Assembly (NCBI GenBank): GCA_964016885.1 | Contig: OZ024753.1 | Span: forward strand, 496,001-560,000 | Reading direction: 5' to 3' | Source of the DNA: Eledone cirrhosa | Lineage: Eukaryota | Length of the DNA: 64,000 nucleotides | Part shown: one piece after another, positions 12,526-25,184 of the stretch | Layout of the letters: each line of letters starts with the position of its first letter | Numbering within the stretch: position 1 is the stretch's first letter | Made by a program: the position numbers and the translations under genes | The notes under the pieces: generated by a model | Told to the model about the DNA's origin: nothing | Database searches by the model: none | The model's input: only the letters and a program-made list of their open reading frames with translations

Positions 12526-12665
12526 AAAGGAATAGCTTGAAGCTAAACAAAAACATGTGGTACAGGATGTTAAAAGTTAAGTTGATAAAAAAAATGACAA
12601 CTTTAGCAAAGAGGTTGTTAGAACTAGAGTTGTAAAGAGATGGAGGAAATGAAGTCTGAACTTAC

Positions 12666-12764
12666 CTTATAAAATCCCGGACCTCTTTGTGAGTGACAGT
12701 ATTGATATCTGTAGAGTTATCATTGGCCAGGTTATTTAGCAACTGGTTGTAGATATCCCCTTCC
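12666..12764 (-). CDS. BTBD8: BTBD8-like exon 3 (EGDIYNQLLNNLANDNSTDINTVTHKEVRDFIR)
   Basis: ctatag| acceptor and |gtaag donor. 99 nt, phase 2-2, keeps the frame between exons 2 and 4. Confidence 0.85.
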
Positions 12765-12905
12765 CTATAGAGGAAATATGTTCAAGTTTAAACCTTTAGC
12801 ATTTACATTACTCTACATTTACTATTATATTTTCATGGTAAAATTACTAAGATATGGTGAAAGCTAATTAAATTTAATTTTCATATATAGAAATATTTAA
12901 ATTAC

Positions 12906-12992
12906 CTTGCTTGAAGGATGATTTTATGAGCAGAAATTTCATTGTTGCCAATATAAAATGTAATATCAGGATGAATTGCTTCATCAAACATG
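12906..12992 (-). CDS. BTBD8: BTBD8-like exon 2, start of BTB domain 1 (MFDEAIHPDITFYIGNNEISAHKIILQAR)
   Basis: ttccag| acceptor and |gtaat donor. 87 nt, phase 2-2. Canonical BTB motif D(I/V)xF...AHKxILxAR. Confidence 0.92.
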
Positions 12993-13479
12993 CTGGAATG
13001 GAAAGAAAAAAATTATCTTCATAAAATTATGTTTCAAACTAGTCAAGAATTTTGTATTGTTTGCATCATCCTGTAACTCCTGATAGAGTCACAGGGGCGC
13101 TGTATTGACATATTGTGTTTCTTGGGCATTTTAAGCCTGTCGAAGCCCATCCCTCTCCAGGCCTGAGTACAGCAGATTTCTTCCAGAGAGAGATAGAAAG
13201 TGAGAGAGAATCGACCCCAGTACTAGACTGGTACTTTTTTTTTCGACCTCGAAGTTGACCTTGGCGGGATTTGTATTCAGAGAGCCGGAATGAATACCAT
13301 AAAGCATTCTATCTGACGTTCTAACGACTCTGCCAAATATATCAAGAATATATACAGTTAAAAGTCAGTCAATTTTGTCTTTTTAACAAACATGACACTA
13401 ACTTAAATAAATAATTTGTTCATATATTTCTGCTATTGCTCTGTAATCAAAACCCAATACTTATGAGCTAACACAGATT

Positions 13480-13750
13480 ATGACTAGGTCTAAAGTCTGT
13501 CAGAAGGCTTGTTAGACTGGTGTTTATCCTGGTTTCATGGTGTGAAGCGACTGACAGTACAATACTCCCCTCTGGATAGGATGCCAGTCCATCGCAGGGT
13601 TAAACCTCCAGTTATTGTACTCATTTTCAGTTGAGTATACTAAAGCAATCTGAAATGAAATGTTTTGCTCAAGAACACAACACGCAACCCAGTCCAGGAA
13701 TCAAACCTACAACTTATGATTGTAAGTCCAACACCCTTACCACTAGGCCA
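13480..13750 (-). mobile_element. tRNA-derived SINE family B (CORE-like domain), representative copy
   Basis: Minus strand has A box ggcctagtggtaaggg, B box ggtttgattcc and CORE-like gtgttcttgagcaaaacatttcat. Related copies at about 14360-14770(+), 35020-35300(-) and 50828-51020(-). Confidence 0.75.
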
Positions 13751-13819
13751 TATTAGGTAGCATAAATAAATATTTATAAAATCTTTTGAGTAAACTTATG
13801 TATATGCATCTGTCCATCC

Positions 13820-14075
13820 ACCCATTCCACTACACATCTACCACCCATTCCACCACTCATCTGCCACCCATACCAAACCCCTCTGCCACCCATTCTACCA
13901 CCCATACCACCACTCATCTACCACCCATCTGCCACCCATACCAAACCCCTCTGCCACCCTTTCTACCACCCATCTGCCACCCATACCACCACTCATCTAC
14001 CACACATCCCACCACCCATCTGCCACCCATACCACCACCCATTGGCCACCCATCCCACCACACATCCACCCAGCC
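13820..14075. repeat. C/A-rich degenerate minisatellite (ccacccataccaccactcatctg-like)
   Basis: Directly visible tandem ccacccat units. Confidence 0.8.
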
Positions 14076-15226
14076 AATCACACATACCTACATTATATTA
14101 CACAGAATGTTTCCATCTACAAGCAAATGGGGAATTCATCAAACAGCTGAAACGTTGCTTCCATCTTATCTAAAATACGAGAAAGAGGTCAAAAGCAAAG
14201 CTGTTTACTTCATGTCAACACATACTTATAAACAAGATGGTGGATTGGCAGAATCATTAGAATGTAGATATTTGTTCTGATTCTCTATATTCTGAGAGTT
14301 AATCCCACTGAGGTCAACATTGCCTTTATCCTTCCAGGGTATTTGACTTATGATCATAATGTCATGAGTTTGATTCTTGGACTGGGTTGTGTGATGTGAT
14401 CTTGAACAAAACACATCATTTCACATTACTTCTGTTCATTCAGCTGAGAATGAGTACCAGCAGTACCAGCAACAGTTGGGGCTTAACCCTTTAGCATTTA
14501 AACCAGCCGTATCCAGCCAGAATTCTCTCACCTCTTCCTGTTCAAACTGGCTGTAACTAACCATTCATACTGATGTTAAGGTAGTGTTCTCAAAATAAAT
14601 AATATCAAAATCTCATAGATTCGATATTATGTGAGATAATTATGTGAGGTAAAGCCTTTACCATGAAAATATAATAGTATATATAGAGTAATGTAAATGC
14701 TAAAGGGTTCACCCTGCCAGAGACTGACTTTCTTCTCTGACTCTTAACACCAATGAAACCAGAATAAGCACAGTCTTGATGAACCTGGAATAGACTTAAC
14801 TGTAGATCTGCGCCAACATGCATGGACCATTATAGTACATCATCATTATTGTTGCGGTGAATTGGCAGTATCGGTAGAGAGTCGGACATGCTTTCCAGCA
14901 GAGTTACCTCCCTTTACGATCCGAGTTCAAATCCCGCCGAGGTTAACTTTGCCTTTCATCCTTACGAGGTCGATAAAATAAAGTACCAGTAATGTACTGG
15001 GTATTTGCTGGCCTTGTGCCAAAAGTAGAAACAATTATTGTTTAATCCTTTAGCATTTATTTTTCTTCTACGTTTCTACTTACTTTATTTACACTCTGCA
15101 CACCACAGCTGCCTTAATACAACCCAACACGAGACGAACCTCCTAACAGCATTGCGTGCTTCGAATGGCCCACCGCCTGTAACTGTAGTTACACACCTAA
15201 TACACACACACATATATATATATGTA

Positions 15227-15259
<33 letters not shown>

Positions 15260-15987
15260 TATACATACATATATATACATATACATACATATATAAATAC
15301 ATATACATACATATATATATCCCCATCTACACCTAAAGTTATGTTGGTGCCACAACATCCAGTCTTAAATAAATGAGGTTGTGGAGGTGTCACAACAACA
15401 AAAAAAAACAGACAGTCCAGGCTGTAATGTGGCCATGTAGGTAACACGGTAAAAACCTCCCAGTCCACACTGTAAACGTGGTTGGTGTTAGGAAGGGCAT
15501 CCAGCCGTAGAAAACCCGCCAGACAGTCCTATATGAGCAAGACAACCAATCTTGCCTCACGTGGGACAATTCCCATCTAAACCCATGCTAGCGTGGAAGA
15601 TAGACGTTAAACGATGATGATGATGATATACACACATATACATATATACATATATACTTACATACATATATATAGGAGACGATCGACTTTCGTCAAATCG
15701 GACCGAGGGAAGAGTGTTTCCGTTGGTCTTTCCAATTGCTAATACTATCTATCGGTCGCAACTCCAGGTAGAAGGAGCAACGTGAAATAAAGTGTCTTGC
15801 TCAAGGACATAACGCATCGCCTGGTCCAGGAATCGAACTCACAACCTTACGATTGCGAATCCAATTCTCTAACCACTCAGCCACACACCTTCACTATATA
15901 CATATATAGACATATATATATATATATATACATACATATCATCATCATCTTCGTTTAACGTCCATCTTCCACGCTAACATGGGTTAG

Positions 15988-16102
15988 ACATATATATACA
16001 TACATATACATATATACATACATATATACATATACATATATACATACATATATACATATACTTACATACATATATACATATACTTACATACATACATATA
16101 CT

Positions 16103-16140
<38 letters not shown>

Positions 16141-16338
16141 CTTACATACATATATATATATATACTTACATACATACATATATATATATATATATACTTA
16201 CATACATATATATATATATATATACTTACATACATACATATATATATATATACTTACATACATATATATATATATATATACTTACATACATATATATATA
16301 TATATATACTTACATACATACATATATATATATATACT

Positions 16339-16370
<32 letters not shown>

Positions 16371-16920
16371 CTTACATACATACATATATATATATACTTA
16401 CATACATACATATATATATATACTTACATACATACATATATATATATATATATACTTACACATATACATATATATACTTACATATATACATATACATATA
16501 TATATATATACTTATACATATACATATATATATACTTACATATATACATATACATATATATATACTTACATATATACATATACATATATATATACTTACA
16601 TATATACATATACATACATACATATATATATATATATACTTACATACATATATATATATATACTTACATACATATATATATATATACTTACATACATATA
16701 TATATATATATATATATACTTACATACATACATATATATATATATATACTTATATATATATATATATATACTTACATATATATATACTTACATACATACA
16801 TATACATATATACATACATACATACATATACATATATACTTACATACATACATACATACATATATACTTACATACATACATATACATATACATATATATA
16901 TATATACATTATATATATAT
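15988..16920. repeat. Compound TA/TACA microsatellite with higher-order cttacatacata(ta)n units
   Basis: Directly visible. Confidence 0.95.
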
Positions 16921-17109
16921 AAGAGTATTAAAATAAGTATTAAAAGAGCACTTCCGTTGATCTTTATCATCACTACCATTACTACATGTAGCACCAGAGA
17001 TAATATGTTCTAGTTATCTATTCCTATGATAATACATAAAAGAAATGAGAATCTCTTAAAACAGCTGCATTGCTACAAGAAGGAAAATATTACAAGTAAT
17101 TTTACTTAC

Positions 17110-17252
17110 CGCTGCATGTCTCTCTTCAGCCCCTCTGTCAGGCGTTCTTGCAGTTTCTCCTTTTCTTTTGCACATTTTTCTAAGAACGCTATACTTTGTC
17201 GTTGTCCACTGCGGTCTTTTGGACGGCACATTACTCCACCACTTGGCCTCAT
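17110..17252 (-). CDS. BTBD8: BTBD8-like gene, first coding exon (MRPSGGVMCRPKDRSGQRQSIAFLEKCAKEKEKLQERLTEGLKRDMQR)
   Basis: ATG at 17252 and donor CG|gtaagt at 17109, phase 2. An upstream acceptor (ttcag| at 17293) implies a further 5' exon, and the frame is open back to 17292. ERLTEGLKRDMQR resembles the pre-BTB helix of vertebrate BTBD8 as recalled (EQLSQDLLR). Confidence 0.8.
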
Positions 17253-18429
17253 ATTGGCGCCAATTACGGCACACTTTAAATGTTCAACTAATCTGAACAG
17301 TTATAAAACACTTTAACTGGCATACTTCCCACAACATTGGTAGACAGTTCGTGTAGCAGGTAATGTCATCGATGTAGCATTAGGTAAAAACAAAAGGGGT
17401 TCAGGTAACAATTCCAGGTACAAGGAACTATTTACTGAACCAGTAATAGATGTTATACTTAGACAAAAGCTTATATAAGTCAAGAGATGAAACTATAATG
17501 GTTTACACCACATAGTGAAGGAATTGTAATAATTTCAAAGAGTGATAAACTGATATTTGTAACAGATCAACAAATATACTATGCTGGTAGTTTAGAATTT
17601 ATAAACAAGCTCTCAAGATGACTAATAAATAATTTAATGAAAGGATTCCAAAAGTTGCAAATGTTACTGTAAATAAACTGAGCCTGTTTATTTTAGATAC
17701 CAACTGAATTAAGTCCAGTGTATATTTTACTATCAGAAAACCAATTTATGTTTTACCCTCCTTGCTGTTGACAGCCCTAGAAATATATAGGGGAATATTT
17801 ATGTTAACTGCCAATTCTGATGAAAGCGTCTTTTCATGATCTGTAATAAATAGAAATTATTATTGAGAAAGGCAACAAAAACTAACCATGGGTGCAAATA
17901 TTTATAAATACTGAATATAACATTACTTTGAGATTTATTGTATAACTTGAATGTAGGATGGGTAGGATGATAAACATGGTCTTAAATTGACTTGTATTGC
18001 CTTTCTGCAAATATATTATACCCATCCTCAAATCGACTCAACTTCTCCTTCCAACCTATGCCAACATGGAAAGCTGAGAGTACATTCCACAACATAATGC
18101 CAAACACAATCCACTTGTTTCGAGGCCAATTCTATGACCTAAAGTTTCCTCTTGAATGTCAGGATGTCCCTCAACCTCACCCTTGTTCTCACAAATATGG
18201 GAAAATAGAAGCTAGATGATGATGATGATGATGACGATGACGATGAGAGAGAAGAAGTGAGAAAGAGATATAGGGGAAGAATCAACTCCAGTACTAGACT
18301 GGTACTTTTTTATTGACCTTGAAAGGTAAAGTTGACCTCGACAGGATTTGAACTCAGAGAGCAGAGAACCAAAACAAATACTGCAAAGTATTTTATCCAA
18401 TGACTGCCAATTAACTGTCTATCTATAAT

Positions 18430-18940
18430 TACCAAATCCGGTTGACCACCGAGTCCATTATTGCAATCAAACCGCCACCTTCCTTCAAAAACGAAGGAGA
18501 GGCGGTTTTCCTCTGTGTAAGGGCTATGGTGAAAGCGGCTGAAAGGGCTGAGGTCAGATACCTTTCTCTCTGGTGAACAACTGGTTCCTTCTTCAAATAT
18601 CATTTTAGAAGAAGAATCAGATTGGAGAGAGAGGTGCTGCACCCCAGCAAATTTTACGAAAGGTGGGTGAATGTGGCAAGGATGGCCCGAGTGGTTGGGC
18701 CTTCTCTTTATATAAACCTGTAGGTTGAGGAAAAAGAGGAAGAGAGGAAAGGAGCGCTCACTCTTCGTGCTCCTGGAGATGAGGGTCGTTCATTTTTTCG
18801 TGTAACGCCCCCCCCCCCCCCCCCTATTGGGGATTTCAATTGTTAATTGTTATTTATTATTTTTATTAATTCTATTTTTTTACACACATGTATGTAAACT
18901 CCCCACTTGGGCCCTTGTGGCAAATAAAGAAATATATCTA
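18430..18940 (+). mobile_element. Tx1/L1-like LINE 3' fragment
   Basis: Degenerate frame ...FFKYHFRRRIRLEREVLHPSKFYERWVNVARM. Its 3' end gcccttgtggcaaataaagaa recurs at about 49450 and 49580, followed by (ATCT)n. Confidence 0.55.
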
Positions 18941-19288
18941 TAATTACATATAGAAAATAAAAGAAAAACTTTTTGATGAAAGGGAAAAGAATTGTAGAAG
19001 GGGCCTTAACAGTAATGGCCTTTTGATTAAAAAATCTGCTAAAGTAATTAACAAGTTAAACAGAGAAGCTAAATATTAGGCAAGAACATGTATGGTGAAA
19101 ACTGCCAAAATATCAATGGAGTCATATCAAACTAGAATATTAATGTAGGCATTAGAAGGAGAAAAAATTATATGAACCAATCAATCAATGGAGTTTATCA
19201 GCTATAGTCCCAAATAACTTCAATAAATATTTAACATTTTAACAATGTTAAACCATTTGCAGACACTAGCTTTCACTTTATCACTATT

Positions 19289-19353
<65 letters not shown>

Positions 19354-22176
19354 ACAAAGGCAGTTTTTAACCATTATCATCATAGCCATCATCATATGCC
19401 CATTTTTTGTTGGAGAGATGCTGGCACGGCTTGATTCATCACCATCATCGTTTAATGTCTATTTTCCATGCTTGCAGAGGTTAAATGGGTCTTTCTTGTG
19501 TGCCTCCATCTTGACTTGATTTTTATGGCTGGATGCTCTCCCTAATACCCACCACTTTACAGCTTGTGCTGAGAGCATTTTATCATGACTCCAGTATTAA
19601 CATCTTACAGAGTGCTTTTTAATGGCACTTTCACTTCTGCCTTACAGAGCACACAGGGTGCTTTTCATTGAAGCACCAGTACTACCACTTTACAGAGTTG
19701 GTTGGGTTTATTTTATCATGGCACCAGCCACTACCACTTTACAGAGAGGACTGGGTGCTTTTATCATAGCACCAGCCACTACCACTTTACAGAGTGGACT
19801 GGGTGCTTTTATCATGGCACCAGCACTACTTTATATTATTGTTGTTAATATTTGCTAAAGAATGTATTTCATGCACACTTATGCAGCTTAGAAACTGATT
19901 AGGATAATGGAGAGAATGAAGTCAAACATTAAACACAAAGATTTATCGACTGGATTCAATATAGAATGAAAGAATAATTCATCAACCTATTCTCAGAATG
20001 TAATTTATATTAATTCTTTTGAACTTTTCCCTATTCAAACAAAACAACAGAAGCAAACAACCAAACCAATATAACATTAATATTCTATACAATATAATAT
20101 TCTATTACAATTTATAATGAAGAATAACAACTATTTTCTACTAATTCATACAACTATAGTTCTACTAATGAACATAATCCAAGCTTTAACCCTTTAGCCA
20201 TATTCAGCCAGAATTCTCTCACCTCTTTCTGTTCCAACCGGCTGTAACCAACCACCCATACCAACATTAAGGTATTGTTCTCAAAATAAAAAATATCAAA
20301 ATCTCAGATTCGATATGTAAGGTAAAGCCTTTACTGTGAAAATATAATAATAAATATAGAGTATTTTGAAGGAGACTAAACTTTTGTGTTGATCTAAGTT
20401 AAACAAATGTCTCTCTCTGATAAAAGTCTCAAAACCTCTTGAGTATACCTGTGTGTGTGTGTGTGCTTGCGTGCACATGCGAAGTAAGACATGCAACTGG
20501 GATGAAGCCAATACATTTGGCTGATCAAAGGTTGTTACAGTAGTGGAAGTAGAGAACATGTATTTCAAGAATGACCTCCATTTAGTACAGAGTATGTAAA
20601 ATGCTACCATACTATTGGTGACAATAAAACACACCCAGTACATTCTGTAAAGTGATTGGTGACAGGGAGGGCATTCAGTTTTAGAAAACTTGCCAAATAA
20701 AGGGTTAAGGTAAGGACTCTTTAGTTGTATCTAAGACATGACAACCTCATCCATGATGAAGTACACCTGGAACACTCTGTAGAATATGGGAGTGTGTGTA
20801 TGAGAGATACTGGACCCTTGAATAGTTTGGAAAGTCAGAGGCTCCGATTGAGAACTGACTCAGTTTGTGACAACTTGTTCAACCTTACTAGCAAGCAGAG
20901 TAGACTTTAAATGATAACCATGATGATGATGATATATATATATATACACATAATGATGATGATGATGATATGTATAATGATGATGATGATGATATATATA
21001 TATAATGATGATGATGATATATATATAAATAGTATTCAATGAGGATGGAATAGTGTCAAGTGATACAAATTAAGCTGTTGTAGTTTATATTAAGAACAGG
21101 AAAAACAAGCATAAAATAGGGCAGCTACAAAACAAAACCAAAAAGCCTGCTTTATCATATTTCAATAAAATTGGAATAGTGTCAAATGATACAAATTAGT
21201 TTTATGTAGTTCATATTAAGCTTTATTAATACAACCATAAAATAGTAAACATTTAAAAACTATGGTTTAGCATAGGAGGGTAGGCTGAAAAGTTCATAGG
21301 CTGTGAAATCTAAAAAAAACAAATAAAGTTTGTCTTCATCCTTTAACATTTAATCTAGCCAGAATTCTCTCACCTCTTTCTGTTCAAACTGGCTCTAACT
21401 GGCCACTCATACTTATGTTAAGGTATTGTTCTCAAAATAAATAATATCAAAATCTCAGATTCGATATTATATGAGATAATTATGCGAGATTAAGTGTTTA
21501 CTGTGAAAATATGATAATATATATAGAGTAATCATCATCATCATCATCATCGTTTAATGTCCATCTTCCACACTAGCATAAATGCTAAAGGTTTAAACTA
21601 TGTTGAAGAGCAGTAGTTCCCAATATGAACTGGCTCAGACTGTAACAATCTGTCAATAAGGCAAGCAGATGTATGATGATGATGATGATATCAACAGTGA
21701 CAAATGTCTTAATACTGCCATACTTAACAGATGTGTCTACATGAAGTTTGAAATTTAAATGCCTTATAATTATTGCAGACTATTTTAATTGTTTCATAAT
21801 TGCTAAGGTGAGGGATCATTTCCTTTGTATAATAAGCTAACAGCTTAACTAGATAATCTCATATAATCTTCCAATATCTATTAATGAGATCTGCACAATT
21901 AAGAGAATAGTTAAATATATGATAATAAAAAAAATACAAATATTATTAATGACAATTTACTTAAGATAGTTTATCAGGCTGTATAACAAAATACTGATTC
22001 ATATCTTTGAGAAAAATATTTATGACTATGAGAAGAGGGGTCAATATAACATTGTAACTTCTTTAATTCTTAATATCCTGTACCACACGAAACCGATTTA
22101 TATTATATATAATTATATTATATCAAGATATTCTTAAAAAGTGCAAAACAGCACTTTTGACTGTATTATATTAAGT

Positions 22177-22370
22177 ACTAGCAAAAGAGCCTGTCGTTGC
22201 CGAGCACACCTTTCACCACTGTAAATAAAGACACCCTCTCTCCTTAGCATGGCTGTCTTTAAATAGCCCCAGAACCCTGCTATTTTAGGGGAGAGAAAGA
22301 TTTAAACGATATGTTGACATGCTCCTGGAGTTAAATAACCTATGTAGCAAATTTGGTGTTATATTTACAA
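22177..22370 (-). mobile_element. Possible non-autonomous Helitron 3' end
   Basis: The minus strand ends with an imperfect GC-rich hairpin (gctcggcaacgacaggc) a few nt before CTAG|T. Confidence 0.4.
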
Positions 22371-23042
22371 GTTGTGCTTTGGCCATTATTTATCCCTAGT
22401 TAAACAGAACTACCGTGAAAAGCAGTCCAACTGTGACTATCCTCTATTCTATTCAGACACTGTATAAGACAACTTTATTCAAATATGTACTTGCTTTATT
22501 AAGAGGGTTGGATACAATTTGACTATTATTTCTAGTAGGTTGAGCAAGCATGCAGAGGCTCTGTCATTGGTTCAACTTATTTGTAAATTGAAGTTTTCTG
22601 GAGATCTCAAATTAGATATGATGAAATAAATCTCAATGTAAAAAGTATTGCAACTGCCAATTAACAATGAAGGAGGTGTGAAGAAAATAGATAACAAAAT
22701 GTGATTGAATAAATGTACAAGTTGTAGTGAATGGGAGGATTTGAGGTGGAGAGAATTAGCAATGGTGGTAATGGTGGGAAAAAACATTAAAATTTAACAG
22801 AAACAGGTAGTCACTGCCATTATCAATCATAATTCATCATCATCATCATCGTTTAACATCCATTTTCCATGCTAGCATGGATTAGATGGGTTGTCCCATT
22901 TGAGGCAAATTGGGTCAGGAATTGTTTCTGGTTAGGTTTCTACAGCTGGATGCCCTTCCTAACACCAACTAGATTTACAGTGTGGGCTGGGTGCTTTTTG
23001 TCGTGACTCCTACACAACCACTTTACAGTGTGGTGGTATATT

Positions 23043-23075
<33 letters not shown>

Positions 23076-23506
23076 CTGTCACTAACTCTTTAAAATTTAC
23101 ACACATATACACACGATACATTTCCTTAGTAATGTTACCACAATATGAAGTTCACTTTCCAATCACAAGGTCTTGAATTCTAACTCAACATTTGTCCCTG
23201 TAAATAGTTATTTCTCCAAAGTTACTCATACATTTAATCCTATAAGTCATTTGTACATATATGCTGAACATTTATGTAATTATATCCTAGAAATAAATTA
23301 TTAATATATCATTATCTTTAAATCACTTCATGTCAGTAATCAACATAAGCTATAGGGTTTCCTTTATGCAAACTATTAATTTATGAAAATGCAAATTTCC
23401 CAGTTTGTATGATTGTTCATATATCCAGTAATCCTGGTATATATGGCATACTGATTCTTGACTCTAAAAATTAAATACATTCAATATTACTACCATCACT
23501 GGCTCA

Positions 23507-23541
<35 letters not shown>

Positions 23542-24954
23542 TAGATAAGACCATTATTGCTCCAATCAGTCTACTAATCCTCAGCAAACACTCTAAACCA
23601 AACACCAACCTGTATCCATGACTCCTGCCAAACAAACTATACTCTCCAAATTCGGCAAATCAAACACAGACCGCCCACCCTCTCAAACTCAGCTTACGCA
23701 ACAGGGCCACAATAACCAATGGGGAAGAGAGACAATATATATATATATATATATATTTATTAAAATAACAGATTAAAGTTTAAGCAAAGAATCGCTGCTT
23801 TCACCCTTAACAGGATCTTTTGACTTTTTTAGTTCCAGAAGATCCCATTAAGAGTGAAAGCAGCGATTCTTTGCTTAAACTCTAATCTGTTATTTTAATA
23901 AATATTTGCTCTACGGTTCTTATATATTTGATATATATTTATCCTTATCGAGCCCTCTTTGGATTTTAGTCTTCAAATTTATTATTATTACTATATATAT
24001 ATATAGGAAAATGTTTGACCCCGACGGCAGTACTCAAGCCGTTTCGACTCAAGTCCAGAAATAGCCGTCGAAACGGCTTGAGCTCTGCCGTCGGAGTCAA
24101 ACATTTTCCTATTACCCACTCTACTACCCTAAGTATTGAGTACTCTGGTGCGTTATGGTCCATCAGGTTCCTTACCACAACTCCTTCATTATATGTATGT
24201 ATATATATATATATATACATATATATAGCAGCAGTAAGTTTTATATAGCAAAGCAAGTTCATAACTTAGTTTTGATTCCTAATTAAAATTGCCATTACAT
24301 CATTTGTGTCCTTTAGAAAGGCTTAACTGTCTCCTTTCCAGTGTGACAGGCTTTTTACACCACAAATACACCACCTTTAAAATATAATAGATTTAAAATA
24401 TCATATCAAATATGAAATATAATAATACTGGGAACTGATGTTGGACTAATAAATGGCTTGATACTAGTCAATAATGAAGTTAGTAAATGTGGAATTAGGG
24501 ATGGTTTTAATAAAGACAAACATAGTTGAAGCAATACAGAAAATGCTGGTGGTTGGCTTGTTGGTTGGTTGGTTCTGAATTTGCAGACAGAAAATATAGG
24601 GTCTTGAGGGATTTACATTTGTTGTTAGAAATGTAATTTATTTGAAGCATGGTTTTTATTTAAATGCCAAATACTGTAGCCATTAAATGGCTTATTAAAT
24701 AAAAAAGAATTAACCAGTATATTTACTAATATATTTATAGAAATTCTTCAAAGCAAATATAACATAAAACTAAAATAGCATTTGATTTTGGCTTTGACAT
24801 GGACAGCTTTAATCAATATATTTGTTGAACCATCACTAAATTTTTGTAAAAGAATCTTTGTTTGAGCCATAATTTGCATTTTAAACATATTAACTATTAT
24901 ATAAATATATTTTTTAATAGTTCAATAAAACATTTATTAGATTTTGTATTTAAC

Positions 24955-25019
<65 letters not shown>

Positions 25020-25120
25020 GTATGTATATATGGAAAGGAGACAGTATGTGTATATACAAGAGTGTGTGTGTGTGTGTGGCAGCAGTGATGGTTGCAGCAA
25101 TGCCAATTTTGTGTGTATTT

Positions 25121-25184
<64 letters not shown>

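Noticed and set aside
13786-14280. 164-aa His/Pro/Thr-rich ORF
   Set aside because: It arises from a C/A-rich minisatellite antisense within a BTBD8 intron, with no domain signal.
14852-14945. tRNA-like A/B boxes here and in many other copies
   Set aside because: They are SINE heads followed by the SINE body and tail; no intact cloverleaf was seen.
17056-17274. 72-aa minus-strand ORF and 96-aa plus-strand ORF over BTBD8 exon 1
   Set aside because: Wrong frame or strand. The frame that splices into the BTB exon starts at 17252 and ends at the 17109 donor.
21273-21305. Mariner-like TIR fragment (gaggggtaggctgaaaagttcataggct)
   Set aside because: Single short end with no partner TIR or transposase found; too weak to call.
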